Position numbers and translations under genes: made by a program. Below are positions 18,054 through 27,587 of a DNA stretch of 64,000 bases, piece after piece. The stretch is from NCBI GenBank assembly GCA_041690395.1, contig JAWLHJ010000003.1, forward strand, positions 384,001 to 448,000. Reading direction: 5' to 3'. How positions within the stretch are numbered: the first letter of the stretch is position 1; each line of letters starts with the position of its first letter. The notes beneath the pieces are model-generated. The model did not search any database. It was not told where the DNA came from and worked only from the letters and a program-made list of their open reading frames with translations. The stretch is from Longimicrobiales bacterium. GTDB lineage: Bacteria > Gemmatimonadota > Gemmatimonadetes > Longimicrobiales > Gaopeijiaceae.

Positions 18054-19085
18054 CTACTCCGCCACGGGAAGCGTAATCTCGAAGCGTAGCGTCACGGCTC
18101 CATCCTCGTCGGCCGGAACCACCTCGAGCTCCGAGCCCATGGCCCGGAGAGTCTGCCGTCCCGCCGAGAACGAGAGCGCGTTCGCCGAGAGGGTGTAGCC
18201 GTCGGAGCCGGGGCCGGTCCGGAACAGGAGGAACGGGTCCTCTTCGTGGCCCGTCGTTCCCGAGCCCCCCCCACCGGTCAACGAGAACGACACGGTGTCT
18301 CCTTCTCCACCGTCCACGTCGAGCGCGACCGTGCCGTCCCGCGTCGTCAACGCCAGGCGCGTCGCCAGACCCAGCAGGGCCAGGCCCAGCCCGTTGGTCG
18401 GTCCGCGTCGGGGCCGCTCCACCGCCACACGGACGACCAGCTCCGACCCACGCGCCTCCGTGACCGGCCGGACGACGTCGGCGACGGTCCCGACCAGGTC
18501 CGCGACCGAGAAGCGGTTCGTGGCGCCGTAGTGCTCTTCAGGGGTGGTCAACGTGAGGATGTCGCTGCTCGCCGACGCCGCGCTGGTCGCCGCCCGGTGA
18601 ACGATGCGCAGCTGGCGCTGCTGTTCCTCGTTCAACGGACCGGCACGCTCCTCACGCAACCTGCCGGCAAGCATGACGAGCGACCCCAAGGGCGACAGGA
18701 GGAGGTGGACGACCTCACGCAGCAGGCTCCTGGAAAACGGGCTCGCGGCCACACCATCGTCGGCCCCGCCCAGGGCGCGTTCGGCCGCCTCGAACGCCCG
18801 CATGGTCTCGAGCAACGAACCGTCGTCGTCGGACCACTCCTCCAGCACGGCGCCACGCAGCGAGCGGAGGAGGCGGTATCGGTCGATCTGCATGTGCTTC
18901 GGCGGCGCGGGCTCCAGGCCCTCCAGCGCGTCCCTGACACCTTCGATCAACTCCGCCAGCACCTCGCGGAGCATGCCCTCATCGGGCGAAAGGAGAGGTT
19001 CCGTGGGGGCCCTCTCGATCACGGACTCGGCGGCGCGCTCGAGGAAATCGGGCTCGGGAACGCCGGTCTCGGGCCCGAGCCTCAT
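18054..19085 (-). CDS. Degenerate histidine kinase (pseudokinase)
   Basis: HisKA-like VVHLLLSPLGSL..GPLNEEQQRQL; the HATPase fold lacks N, G1 and G2 boxes. ATG 19085 overlaps the cheBR stop. Confidence 0.65.
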   Translation of the reverse strand: MRLGPETGVPEPDFLERAAESVIERAPTEPLLSPDEGMLREVLAELIEGVRDALEGLEPAPPKHMQIDRYRLLRSLRGAVLEEWSDDDGSLLETMRAFEAAERALGGADDGVAASPFSRSLLREVVHLLLSPLGSLVMLAGRLREERAGPLNEEQQRQLRIVHRAATSAASASSDILTLTTPEEHYGATNRFSVADLVGTVADVVRPVTEARGSELVVRVAVERPRRGPTNGLGLALLGLATRLALTTRDGTVALDVDGGEGDTVSFSLTGGGGSGTTGHEEDPFLLFRTGPGSDGYTLSANALSFSAGRQTLRAMGSELEVVPADEDGAVTLRFEITLPVAE

Positions 19086-22000
19086 ACCAACGCGGTCGGG
19101 CTCGGCGGCCGGCGGGGGATCCACAGCGTGAAGACGCTACCCTTCCCCAGCTCGCTCTCCACGTTGATGTCTCCCCCGAGGACGTGGCTCAGCTCGCGGG
19201 CGGCGGAGAGGCCGATGCCCACCCCGCCGGCACTCCGGGTCAGCCCTTTGCTCACCTGCCAGAAGCGTTCGAAGATGTTCTCCTGGTCCTCGGGCTGGAT
19301 GCCGATGCCCGTGTCGTGGACCTCGAACGACACGCGGTCGTCGTCCGAGCGCAGCACGATGCGGACTTCGCCCGCCTCGGTGAACTTGATCGCGTTCCCG
19401 ACCAGGTTCACGAGGATCATCCTGAGCGGGTTGCCGGCGGTCACCACGACCACCGGTTCGTCAGGCATCTCGACCTCGAGCGTGAGGCCTCCGGCCACCG
19501 CCACGGGCTCACACATCTCGAGGACCTGGCCGACCGTATCGCGCACGTCGAGGGACGACGTCCCCTCGAGGTCCGGGTTGCTGTCCAGCCCCACGAGGTG
19601 GAGAATCTCGTCGATCATGCTGTTGAGGTGCCGGACGGCGGCCTGGATCCGGTCCAACTTCCGCTTCTGCTCGGCCTCGAGGCGCTCGTCGCGCGCCAGC
19701 AGGTCCGCATACCCCATGATGCCGTTGAGCGGGGTGCGGAACTCGTGGGAGAGCGCCGACATGAAGAACCCCTTCGTGCGGTTCGCGGCCTCGGCCTCCA
19801 TCTTCGCGGCACGGAGCGCCTCGTCCATCTGCCGACGAGTCGTGATGTCGAGGAAGGTCACGATGGCCCCGGCGATGCGGGCTTTGGGTCCTGGCGTGCC
19901 GGCTCCCGGAACGCGGACCGGGGCGGCGTTCACCAGGAGCACGATCTCCCGACCGTCGGCGAACCGGATCTCGATCTCCTCGTCACGGACGACCCGGCCG
20001 GTGCGGATCAGCCGGGAGATCGGCCACTCCCCGTCCTCGAAGCGCGTTCCGTTCGCACGGAACGCCACGTAACGGGCTTCGGCGTCGAACGTCGGAGCAC
20101 TCAAGGGAACCCCTTCGTCGCCCCAGATGGCGTGGGCACGCTCGTTGGCCATGAGCACCCGGCCCGAGGGAGCCTCCACGAAAAGGACGCCGGCCGGCAG
20201 CTCGTCCATCAGCGTCTGCAAGCGCGCTCCTTCGAACTCCGCGCGCTCCCTGGCCGCGTGCTCCGCATCGCGCCGTTGCTTCGCCTCGGTGACGTCGTAC
20301 AGCGTGATCACGACACCGTCGATCCGGTCACCCCCGTAGAGGTACGGACGCATGCGGACGCTGTACCAGTTGCCGTCCTGGTCCGGAACTTCCCGCTCGA
20401 GCGACTCGACCGACGTCAGGACCCGGGCGGAGTCGTCGAGCATGTCACCGTAGTCGAGGCCGTGGGTGAAGTGACGCAGGGGGCGACCCTCGTCTCCCCG
20501 GTGCAGATTGAAGATCTTGCTGATCGACGGCGAGAATCGGCGCACGTTGAGGTGCCGGTCCAGGAAGATCGTCGCGACGTTGATCGCCTCGATGAGGTTC
20601 GTGAGATCCGCCGTCGTGTGCTTCAGCTGTTCGATGGTGGAACGGTGTTCCTGATTGACCGTGCTCAGCTCCTCATTGAGAGACTGGAGCTCCTCCTGGC
20701 TGGTCTCCATCTCCTCGAGAGCGGTGCGGTGCTGCTCGTTGATCGACTGGAGCTCCTCGTTCGCCGCCCTGAGGTTCTCGACCGTGCCGTCCCGCTCCTT
20801 CAGCACCGAAGAGAGCTGCTCCCTGACGTGCCGCACCTCCCGCTCCAGGCGTGCGATCTCCGCCCCGCCGGGCCGGTCCTCCTCTCCGTCGCCTTCGCCC
20901 ACCGCGGCGGAGACGTCCCCCGCAACGTCCGGCGATTCGTCGAAGATGACCAGCACGTAGGGCTTCTGGCCCTCGTCGGCGTCCACGGCGCTCAGGCGCA
21001 GCTCTACGACGCTCCGTCGACCATCGATCTCGACGGGCACGGAGCGCTCCGTCGGCGTTCGCTCCTCCAGCACCTCGTGTAGAGCGGCGCGCAGCTCCAC
21101 CCGGAGATCTTCCGGTACGAGGTCGAGGAGGTTCCACTTGGGAGCACCGCCCTGAGGCCGCACGAAACGACCAGCGTTGGGCGAGAGATGCACCACGCGA
21201 CCGTCCCCATCGACGATCAGGCTCGGTGGTGCGTAGGCTTCGAGCATGCGAATGTGAAGCGCGGCATAGGAGAAGCCTTCATCCCCCCAGTCCCGCCCTT
21301 CGATAGCCGTGTCCTGCCGATCTCCACGCTCGTGCGGACCGGGCGCCGACCTGGGCAGGAATCGACGCTTGGCTTCGAGGCGAGTGTAAATGCGCTGCTT
21401 CGCGTTCACCGCTTCGAAGAGCCCCGTATCCCCGGCGAACTCCGCCGAACCCAGGAAGAGGTACCCACCGCGGCGGAGGCCGTAGTGGAACGTCAGAAGC
21501 ACTCGCTCTTGCGCTTCGGGTCCCAGATAGATCAGGAGATTCCTGCAGCTCACGAGATCGAGCCTGGAGAACGGCGGGTCGTGCAACACGTCGTGGGGGG
21601 CGAAGAGGACCACGTCCCGCAGCACGTGCTTCACACGATATCCACCGGCCTCCGGCTCGAAGAAGCGCTCGAGACGCTCGGCGGACACGTCGGCCGCGAT
21701 CGTTCGAGGGTAGAGCCCCATCCGTGCGCGGCGGCATGCCTCCTCATCGAGGTCCGTCGCGAAGATCTGGATTTCCGGACGCTCGGACAGCGTTTCGGCA
21801 TGCTCCTGAAGGAGGATGGCGATGGAGTAGGCCTCTTCGCCGGTCGCGCATCCGGCCACCCACACGCGCACCTGATCGCTAACGCCCTTCCCCTCGAAGA
21901 GCTTCGGGATCACCTCGCTTTCGAGGACCGCGAAAGCCTCCGGGTCACGGAAGAAGCTGCTCACGGAGATCAGGAGGTCCTGGAAGAGCCGGTCGGCCTC

Positions 22001-22846
22001 GCTCGCATCCTGCTCGAGGAGCCGCGCGTACTGGGGCAACGTGTCGACCTGTCGGAAGGCCATGCGGCGCGCGACCCGCCGGAGCACGGTGGAGCGTTTG
22101 TACCCGCTGAAGTCGCGACCCGTCCGCTTCGCCACATGCCGTAGGACGACGGACAGGGGCTCCCCGGACAGGGTGTCCATCTCCGTCGGGTCGGGGGTCG
22201 TCCGCGGAAGCTGGGGATTGGCCCCATTCAGGTCGATGATGCGCGCCGCCATCTCCGCCACGGGCAACACCAGATCCACCTGACCGGTCTGGATGGCCGA
22301 CTTGGGCATGGAGGAGAACTCGGCCTCGGCGGGAATCTGCGCGATCGTGATGCCGCCGGCCTCCCGGATCGCCCGGATGCCGATGGTTCCGTCCGAGCCG
22401 GTGCCGGACAGCACGATTCCCACGGCCGCGGCGCCGTACGTCTCCGCCAGCGTACGGAAGAAGAGATCGATGGGCGCATGGTGGTCGCGCGGAGCCAGCT
22501 CGACCCGCCCGTCGACCGCCGAGAGGTTCTTGTTGGGCGGGATCACGTAGACGTGATCCGGCTCCGGTGTGAAGCTCTCCGCGATCTGCTCGACGGGTAT
22601 GTCCGAGCAGCTCCGGAGCAGCTCCGCCATGCGGCTCTCATGGTCGGGATCGAGGTGCACGATGACCACGTAGGCCATGCCACTGTCCGGGGGGACGGCC
22701 CCGAAGAAGCCCTTCAGCGCGGTCAGGCCGCCGGCGGAAGCCCCCACACCGACCAGCGTGACCTCGGACTGGGCATCGGTCGCGGCCCTGCCGGAAACGG
22801 CGGGCACGGCTCGATCACGCTCGGTCACGTCGATGGGAATCCTCAT
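19082..22846 (-). CDS. CheB/CheR fusion with coiled coil, PAS domains and histidine kinase
   Basis: GASAGG, HLDP, LSGTGSDG (CheB); WVAGCATGEEAYS, SCRNLLIY (CheR); NEELQS repeats; SHEFRTPL, NLVGNAIKFT, DTGIG, GIGL. Confidence 0.93.
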   Translation of the reverse strand: MRIPIDVTERDRAVPAVSGRAATDAQSEVTLVGVGASAGGLTALKGFFGAVPPDSGMAYVVIVHLDPDHESRMAELLRSCSDIPVEQIAESFTPEPDHVYVIPPNKNLSAVDGRVELAPRDHHAPIDLFFRTLAETYGAAAVGIVLSGTGSDGTIGIRAIREAGGITIAQIPAEAEFSSMPKSAIQTGQVDLVLPVAEMAARIIDLNGANPQLPRTTPDPTEMDTLSGEPLSVVLRHVAKRTGRDFSGYKRSTVLRRVARRMAFRQVDTLPQYARLLEQDASEADRLFQDLLISVSSFFRDPEAFAVLESEVIPKLFEGKGVSDQVRVWVAGCATGEEAYSIAILLQEHAETLSERPEIQIFATDLDEEACRRARMGLYPRTIAADVSAERLERFFEPEAGGYRVKHVLRDVVLFAPHDVLHDPPFSRLDLVSCRNLLIYLGPEAQERVLLTFHYGLRRGGYLFLGSAEFAGDTGLFEAVNAKQRIYTRLEAKRRFLPRSAPGPHERGDRQDTAIEGRDWGDEGFSYAALHIRMLEAYAPPSLIVDGDGRVVHLSPNAGRFVRPQGGAPKWNLLDLVPEDLRVELRAALHEVLEERTPTERSVPVEIDGRRSVVELRLSAVDADEGQKPYVLVIFDESPDVAGDVSAAVGEGDGEEDRPGGAEIARLEREVRHVREQLSSVLKERDGTVENLRAANEELQSINEQHRTALEEMETSQEELQSLNEELSTVNQEHRSTIEQLKHTTADLTNLIEAINVATIFLDRHLNVRRFSPSISKIFNLHRGDEGRPLRHFTHGLDYGDMLDDSARVLTSVESLEREVPDQDGNWYSVRMRPYLYGGDRIDGVVITLYDVTEAKQRRDAEHAARERAEFEGARLQTLMDELPAGVLFVEAPSGRVLMANERAHAIWGDEGVPLSAPTFDAEARYVAFRANGTRFEDGEWPISRLIRTGRVVRDEEIEIRFADGREIVLLVNAAPVRVPGAGTPGPKARIAGAIVTFLDITTRRQMDEALRAAKMEAEAANRTKGFFMSALSHEFRTPLNGIMGYADLLARDERLEAEQKRKLDRIQAAVRHLNSMIDEILHLVGLDSNPDLEGTSSLDVRDTVGQVLEMCEPVAVAGGLTLEVEMPDEPVVVVTAGNPLRMILVNLVGNAIKFTEAGEVRIVLRSDDDRVSFEVHDTGIGIQPEDQENIFERFWQVSKGLTRSAGGVGIGLSAARELSHVLGGDINVESELGKGSVFTLWIPRRPPSPTALV

Positions 22847-22932
22847 CGGAGAGGGTCGATGGCGTCAGCCGTCGACAACACGCTCGAAGATTATGGGCGC
22901 GCGAGGACGTTGTCCACCGACGACGCACCGAG

Positions 22933-23340
22933 TCAGGTGCGCTCGTAGCGATGTTCCCGCGAGACCGAGCCGTCGGCCCTGTGGATGACCAGCTGGCTGG
23001 GGGCCGCTTCGGCGGCGGCCGCGCGCGCCGCGCGCAGCGCCTCGCGCTTGGTCCCGAACGAGCCCACCGGGGTGGAAGAGCCGCCGTCACGGATCATCCA
23101 ACCGTCTTCACCGTCGGACACCACGTGCAACGTCGCCGCTCCGTTCGGGCGTCTCAGGTACCGGTAGGCGGTGACCCCCGCGGCGCCCACGAGCGCGACC
23201 CCCAGCGCCGCCGCGGCCGATCGACCGGGATGGGACCGGGCTTCATCCGCGACGCTCTCGACCGAGTCGCCGACGGCCTCCCGGACCGCCTTCACGCCCT
23301 TGCCGAGCCGCTTCTCCATCTTCTTGGACATCTTCACCAT
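22933..23340 (-). CDS. DUF2188 domain protein with TM anchor
   Basis: HVVSDGEDGWMIR..FGTKREALRAAR..LVIHRADGSV. Confidence 0.78.
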   Translation of the reverse strand: MVKMSKKMEKRLGKGVKAVREAVGDSVESVADEARSHPGRSAAAALGVALVGAAGVTAYRYLRRPNGAATLHVVSDGEDGWMIRDGGSSTPVGSFGTKREALRAARAAAAEAAPSQLVIHRADGSVSREHRYERT

Positions 23341-23391
23341 CAGGTCGCTCCGTTCGGGTCATGGATCGTAGACCTTCCGTGTTCCTCCTCA

Positions 23392-23407
23392 CGCACCAAT
23401 CGTGCCG
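23392..23407 (-). promoter_or_regulatory. Sigma-54 promoter (DUF2188 gene)
   Basis: Minus strand CGGCACG-ATTG-GTGCG. Confidence 0.6.
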
Positions 23408-23549
23408 TGCCCGCGCACCGCGTGGGAGAGCCCACGACGCTCGATGGACGGAACCCGACGGTGTTAGATTGTGATTACCCGAGCCGCCATCGTCGCGCTC
23501 GGGCGGCACCCGCGGCCGCGAGAACACCCAATGGGACCAGGGTCTCCAA

Positions 23550-23565
23550 TGGCGTGGATCGTGCA
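23550..23565 (+). promoter_or_regulatory. Sigma-54 promoter (serine protease gene)
   Basis: TGGCGTG-GATC-GTGCA, about 50 nt upstream of ATG 23614. Confidence 0.55.
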
Positions 23566-23613
23566 CCTTCAGTACTGGTGGCCTCCGTCGGGGCCTTCCC
23601 ACGATCTGCAGCG

Positions 23614-25098
23614 ATGCAGGAGTCCATTTTGTACCGTCTGTTCTGCTCGATCCCGGGTGCCTTCGTCTGCGCCTCGATGCTCCTCCTGTCCCCCTCCGCG
23701 GCGAGCGCCCAGCCGGTATCCCCGGCCACGACGTCGCTCGAAGAGCTCGCCGAGCGGGTGACCCAGGCCGTCGTGCTCATCGACGTCCGAACCGCCTCCG
23801 ATACCCGTCAGGGAAGTGGATTCCTGATCGATCCCTCCGGGATCATCCTCACGAATTATCACGTCATCCGTGATGCACGGGTCGCCCGGGTGAAGCTCGC
23901 TTCCGGTGACGTGTACGATCACGTGTCCATTCTGGCGCAGGACGAGCGTCGCGACATCGCGGTCATCCGGATCGCCGCGTTCGAGATGCCCACCCTCCCG
24001 CTGGGCAACTCCGACAGCGTCCGGATCGGGACCCCGGTCGTCCTGGTCGGAAGCCCGCTCGGCCTCGACAACACGGTATCGACCGGCATCGTGAGCGGGC
24101 GCCGGCAGGAGCCCGAGGGCTTCCAGCTCCTCCAGATCACGGCCCCCGCGTCGCCCGGATCGAGCGGTGGCGCCGTGCTTTCCGCCGAGGGCGACGTCGT
24201 GGGCATCGCCGTGTCCCAGCTGCCCTCGGGCCAGAATCTCAACTTCGCCGTCCCCATCAACTACGCGCGCGGCATGCTCCAGAGCCTCGGAGACACCCCC
24301 GTCGCCTCGCTGGGGCCGATGTCGAGCTCCGGTGCCGACGGCACGAGCCGGCCCATCGCGAGGACGACCACGGTCAATCAGGGCATGGTGTTCGACCTCG
24401 AGGACCTTCGCGGCTATGTGGTCGAGTCGTCGGTGGACCTCGGCGACGAAGGCGTGCGGAGAACACGGATCACCTATCGCTTGATCGACACGGTCGGCGG
24501 CGTGCCGCCGCGCCTCGAACGTTATCTGGAGAGCGAGACGACCCGGGTGACCGAGCCGTTCGGCACACAACAAACGACCCGGCGCGAGCGCGTACGCTCG
24601 CTGTCCGGCTTGGACGGGCTCGGCCCCATCTCTTCGACCGGCGAGGTGACCTGGTGGACGGCGGAGGGATGGCAGACCGCGTCGCACAACGTCCGATTCG
24701 TCGGAGACCGGGTGCTGGGTGCCGTCCGCGACAGCACGGGTCGCGCGGTGGAGCTCGACCAGGCGCTGCCACGCGGCATCATCATGCGGAACATGCGTGA
24801 CCTCGCCTTCGCGATGCTCGGGGCCGACTCGCTCGTGGGCCGGAGCGTGGAGTTCGTGACGTTCGACCCGTGGACGGGTGAGATCGCCAACGACCGGTAC
24901 GATATCCTGGGAGAAGAGGAGATCGAGGTGGCCGGTGCCGAGCGTCAGGTCCTTCGTGTGAACGTCGCCACGGGGTTGATCAACGAAACCGTCTTCTTCG
25001 AGCGACAGAGGCCTCGCATCACTGTTCGACGCGTGAGTCAGGACGGTACCCGGATCGAGGACTCCATGAGCACCACCACCTTCGCAAACCAAAGGTAG
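23614..25098 (+). CDS. Secreted trypsin-like (S1C) serine protease without PDZ, with unknown C-terminal domain
   Basis: Signal peptide; GSGF, TNYHV, DIAVI, PGSSGG triad, NLNFAVP. Confidence 0.85.
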   Translation: MQESILYRLFCSIPGAFVCASMLLLSPSAASAQPVSPATTSLEELAERVTQAVVLIDVRTASDTRQGSGFLIDPSGIILTNYHVIRDARVARVKLASGDVYDHVSILAQDERRDIAVIRIAAFEMPTLPLGNSDSVRIGTPVVLVGSPLGLDNTVSTGIVSGRRQEPEGFQLLQITAPASPGSSGGAVLSAEGDVVGIAVSQLPSGQNLNFAVPINYARGMLQSLGDTPVASLGPMSSSGADGTSRPIARTTTVNQGMVFDLEDLRGYVVESSVDLGDEGVRRTRITYRLIDTVGGVPPRLERYLESETTRVTEPFGTQQTTRRERVRSLSGLDGLGPISSTGEVTWWTAEGWQTASHNVRFVGDRVLGAVRDSTGRAVELDQALPRGIIMRNMRDLAFAMLGADSLVGRSVEFVTFDPWTGEIANDRYDILGEEEIEVAGAERQVLRVNVATGLINETVFFERQRPRITVRRVSQDGTRIEDSMSTTTFANQR

Positions 25099-25137
25099 GA
25101 AACACCTTACGACCACTTCTTTGGATGTGGCACATCG

Positions 25138-25153
25138 GGGTACGGGGGTTGCA
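25138..25153 (+). promoter_or_regulatory. Sigma-54 promoter (secreted protein at 25228)
   Basis: GGGTACG-GGGG-TTGCA. Confidence 0.55.
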
Positions 25154-25227
25154 CCTCTCCAACGTGAAGGGGAACGCACCGCTCGATCGGGCGGCTGCTT
25201 TCGAACTCACAGCAGGAGAAGCACACC

Positions 25228-25659
25228 ATGCAGACCCTCACCCTAACCTCTGGCGCCGTCCTTACACTGGCCGCAGCCGTAGCGCTGATGCCTTCGAACG
25301 TGAACGCTCAGGATCTCATGCCGGACCTCGAGTGCACTGCCCAGGTCACGCCGGCCCAGGTCGAAGCAGGCGCCGAAGCAGTACGCGTGTCCGTCACCTT
25401 TTCCGAGGACATCGGAGACGTGACGGGAGTCGACCAGGAAACCTCTCACGGTATCAGCATCGCGTCGCCGATGGATGTGCCTCGTGCCCCGATGGCCGCG
25501 GGCGATCCGCCCCAGACCCCGATCCAGATGGGGGATGACGCGTTGACGTGGACGTTCTGGTTGAACACGTCCGAGGCGGAGGAAGGGACTCATTCCCTCG
25601 TCTTCGTGGCCGGTGAGAACCGGTGTGAGGCAGAGATCGAAGTCGTTCCGACTGGTTGA
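25228..25659 (+). CDS. Secreted hypothetical protein (Ig-like beta sandwich, 2 Cys)
   Basis: AGGAGA RBS, signal peptide ending VNA-Q. Confidence 0.7.
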   Translation: MQTLTLTSGAVLTLAAAVALMPSNVNAQDLMPDLECTAQVTPAQVEAGAEAVRVSVTFSEDIGDVTGVDQETSHGISIASPMDVPRAPMAAGDPPQTPIQMGDDALTWTFWLNTSEAEEGTHSLVFVAGENRCEAEIEVVPTG

Positions 25660-25663
25660 AGTC

Positions 25664-25707
25664 GACCGCCCCTCCCCCGGCACGCCGCCGGGGGAGATGG
25701 GCGGGTC
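25664..25707 (+). terminator. GC-rich hairpin after the 25228 gene
   Basis: GACCGCCC-CTCCCCCGGC..GCCGGGGGAG..GGGCGGGTC inverted repeat with no U-tract. Confidence 0.35.
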
Positions 25708-27421
25708 GGTGACGGCCCGCCTGCTGTTCGCCCTGGCCCCGCTCGCGTTCGTCGCGGTCGGGGCTTCGGCGCAGGATCTCGCGGGGAGCCTGGCCGCCTG
25801 TGAAGGAAGGGTCGTCTCGGAGATCGTCGTCACGGCTCGGGAGCCCGTGCTGCCACGGCTCCCGTCCAGGCTCGGTTGGCTGACGGACGCGGTGGGAAGC
25901 CTGCACACCACGACGAAGCAGGAGGTGGTCGAACGCTTCCTCCTTCTGAGCCCGGGTGAGCCGTGCACGGAAAGACGCAGGGCCGAATCGGAGCGCATCC
26001 TCCGGCTGCAGCCCTTCCTGGCCGAAGCCACGGTCCGCGCGGTTCCCGACCTCATCGGAGGGACCACGCGTATCGAGGTCGAGACGACGGACGAGATCTC
26101 GCCCGTGCTCGATGTGCGCTTCCACGGCGCACGACCCTCCTCGGTGCGTCTCGGCAGCGGGAACGTGGCCGGCCAGGGACTCGCCGTCGTGGCGGGCGTG
26201 GAGCGAGGGTTCGCGTACCGGACGGGTTTCCGCCTGCACGGCACGGCTTACCAGGTGTTCGGGCGTCCCTACACCCTGGCCTTCACCCTGGACCAGGCCC
26301 CGCTCGGGCGCACGCGCAGCCTGTCGCTCGGATATCCCTTCCTCACCGACCTGCAGCGCAACGCCTGGTACATGGGGTACGACGAGTTGCAAGCGTACAC
26401 GTCCTTCGCCCGTCCGGGCCTCGCGGACCTGTCGCTCGAGGTCCGCCGACGCTTCTGGGGGCTCGGAGGAGTCCGACGGCTCGGGATCGGCCGCGAGAGC
26501 GCCTTCATCGGTGCGCTCGTCACCCACGAGGACATGGCTCCCGCGCCCTCCGCCGTGATCATCTCCGATTCGGGCCTGGTCGCCGACACGACCGACGCCC
26601 TCGGCGGTGCGCCCCCCTCGTACCGGAACGTACGCTTCAACGCGGTCCTGGGTGCGCGCATCCTGTCGTTCACCCAGGCCCGTGGGCTCGACGCGCTCCT
26701 GGCCGGTCAGGACATCGCGACGGGCATCCAGCTCGGCCTCCTGGTGGGCAGGGGAATTCCGCGCCTGGGCTCCGCGGCGGATGACGTGTTCGTCTCGGCC
26801 GACATCTACGCCGGGCTCGGCTCTCCCCGGTCGTTCGCTTCCATGCGCATCGGATTGGAGGCACGCCGCGACCAGAGGCCGGACCGCTGGGACTCGGTGG
26901 TCGGGAGCGGGCGGGTCGCGTGGTATGCCAAGCCCGCCGAAGCGCACCTCGTGATCTCGAGCTTCGAGATGGCCGGAGGATGGCGAAGCCGGGTGCCGTT
27001 CCAACTGCGGTTGGGAGACCCGGAGGGAGGCGTGCGCGGGTACGCGGCGTCTCGGGCGGGTGGTGCGGTTCGGGGCCTGAGCCGGCTGGAGCATCGTTGG
27101 CTGTTGGGCGAGGTCGCTGACCGCGCCGCCTTCGCGTGGGCGACGTTCATGGACGTTGGTCAGGTTTGGGCCGGGGATGCTCCCATCGGCCTCGACAGCG
27201 GAGCGCGCGTGGGCGTCGGAGCGGGCCTGCTGGTGGCGTTCCCTCCGGAGTCGCATCGGACGTGGCGCCTGGACGTGGCCATACCCCTCGGGTCCGACCC
27301 CGACGCGCGCTGGGAGGTGCGGTTGACCGGCACACGGGTGCGCCCCTTCTGGCGCGAGCCGTACGACGTGGCACGGGCGCGGGCGGATGCTTCGCCGGCG
27401 ACGATCTTCACCTGGTGGTGA
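25697..27421 (+). CDS. Outer-membrane protein, Omp85/TamA-like (POTRA + barrel)
   Basis: Signal peptide; TTKQEVVERFLLL..ESERILR POTRA-like segment; GGVRGY, FMDVGQVW, VGVGAGL. Confidence 0.7.
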   Translation: MGGSVTARLLFALAPLAFVAVGASAQDLAGSLAACEGRVVSEIVVTAREPVLPRLPSRLGWLTDAVGSLHTTTKQEVVERFLLLSPGEPCTERRRAESERILRLQPFLAEATVRAVPDLIGGTTRIEVETTDEISPVLDVRFHGARPSSVRLGSGNVAGQGLAVVAGVERGFAYRTGFRLHGTAYQVFGRPYTLAFTLDQAPLGRTRSLSLGYPFLTDLQRNAWYMGYDELQAYTSFARPGLADLSLEVRRRFWGLGGVRRLGIGRESAFIGALVTHEDMAPAPSAVIISDSGLVADTTDALGGAPPSYRNVRFNAVLGARILSFTQARGLDALLAGQDIATGIQLGLLVGRGIPRLGSAADDVFVSADIYAGLGSPRSFASMRIGLEARRDQRPDRWDSVVGSGRVAWYAKPAEAHLVISSFEMAGGWRSRVPFQLRLGDPEGGVRGYAASRAGGAVRGLSRLEHRWLLGEVADRAAFAWATFMDVGQVWAGDAPIGLDSGARVGVGAGLLVAFPPESHRTWRLDVAIPLGSDPDARWEVRLTGTRVRPFWREPYDVARARADASPATIFTWW

Positions 27422-27431
27422 AGTCCCGGTG

Positions 27432-27447
27432 CGGCCCCCGACTTGCA
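27432..27447 (+). promoter_or_regulatory. Sigma-54 promoter (kinase operon)
   Basis: CGGCCCC-CGAC-TTGCA. Confidence 0.45.
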
Positions 27448-27587
27448 TCTGATGTAGGGCGAGGACCCTCGATCCCTTCTGCTCCGGAACCACGACCATC
27501 GAGACCGCCGCGACCACACGACGCCCGGCCTCGGCCACCGCCGACGCGGCGCTCGAGGGAGGACGGGACACCCGGGCGAGGACGCCC

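Noticed and set aside
22951..23613. N-terminal extension of the 715-aa protease ORF
   Set aside because: Overlaps the DUF2188 gene and two promoter motifs; the signal peptide follows ATG 23614.
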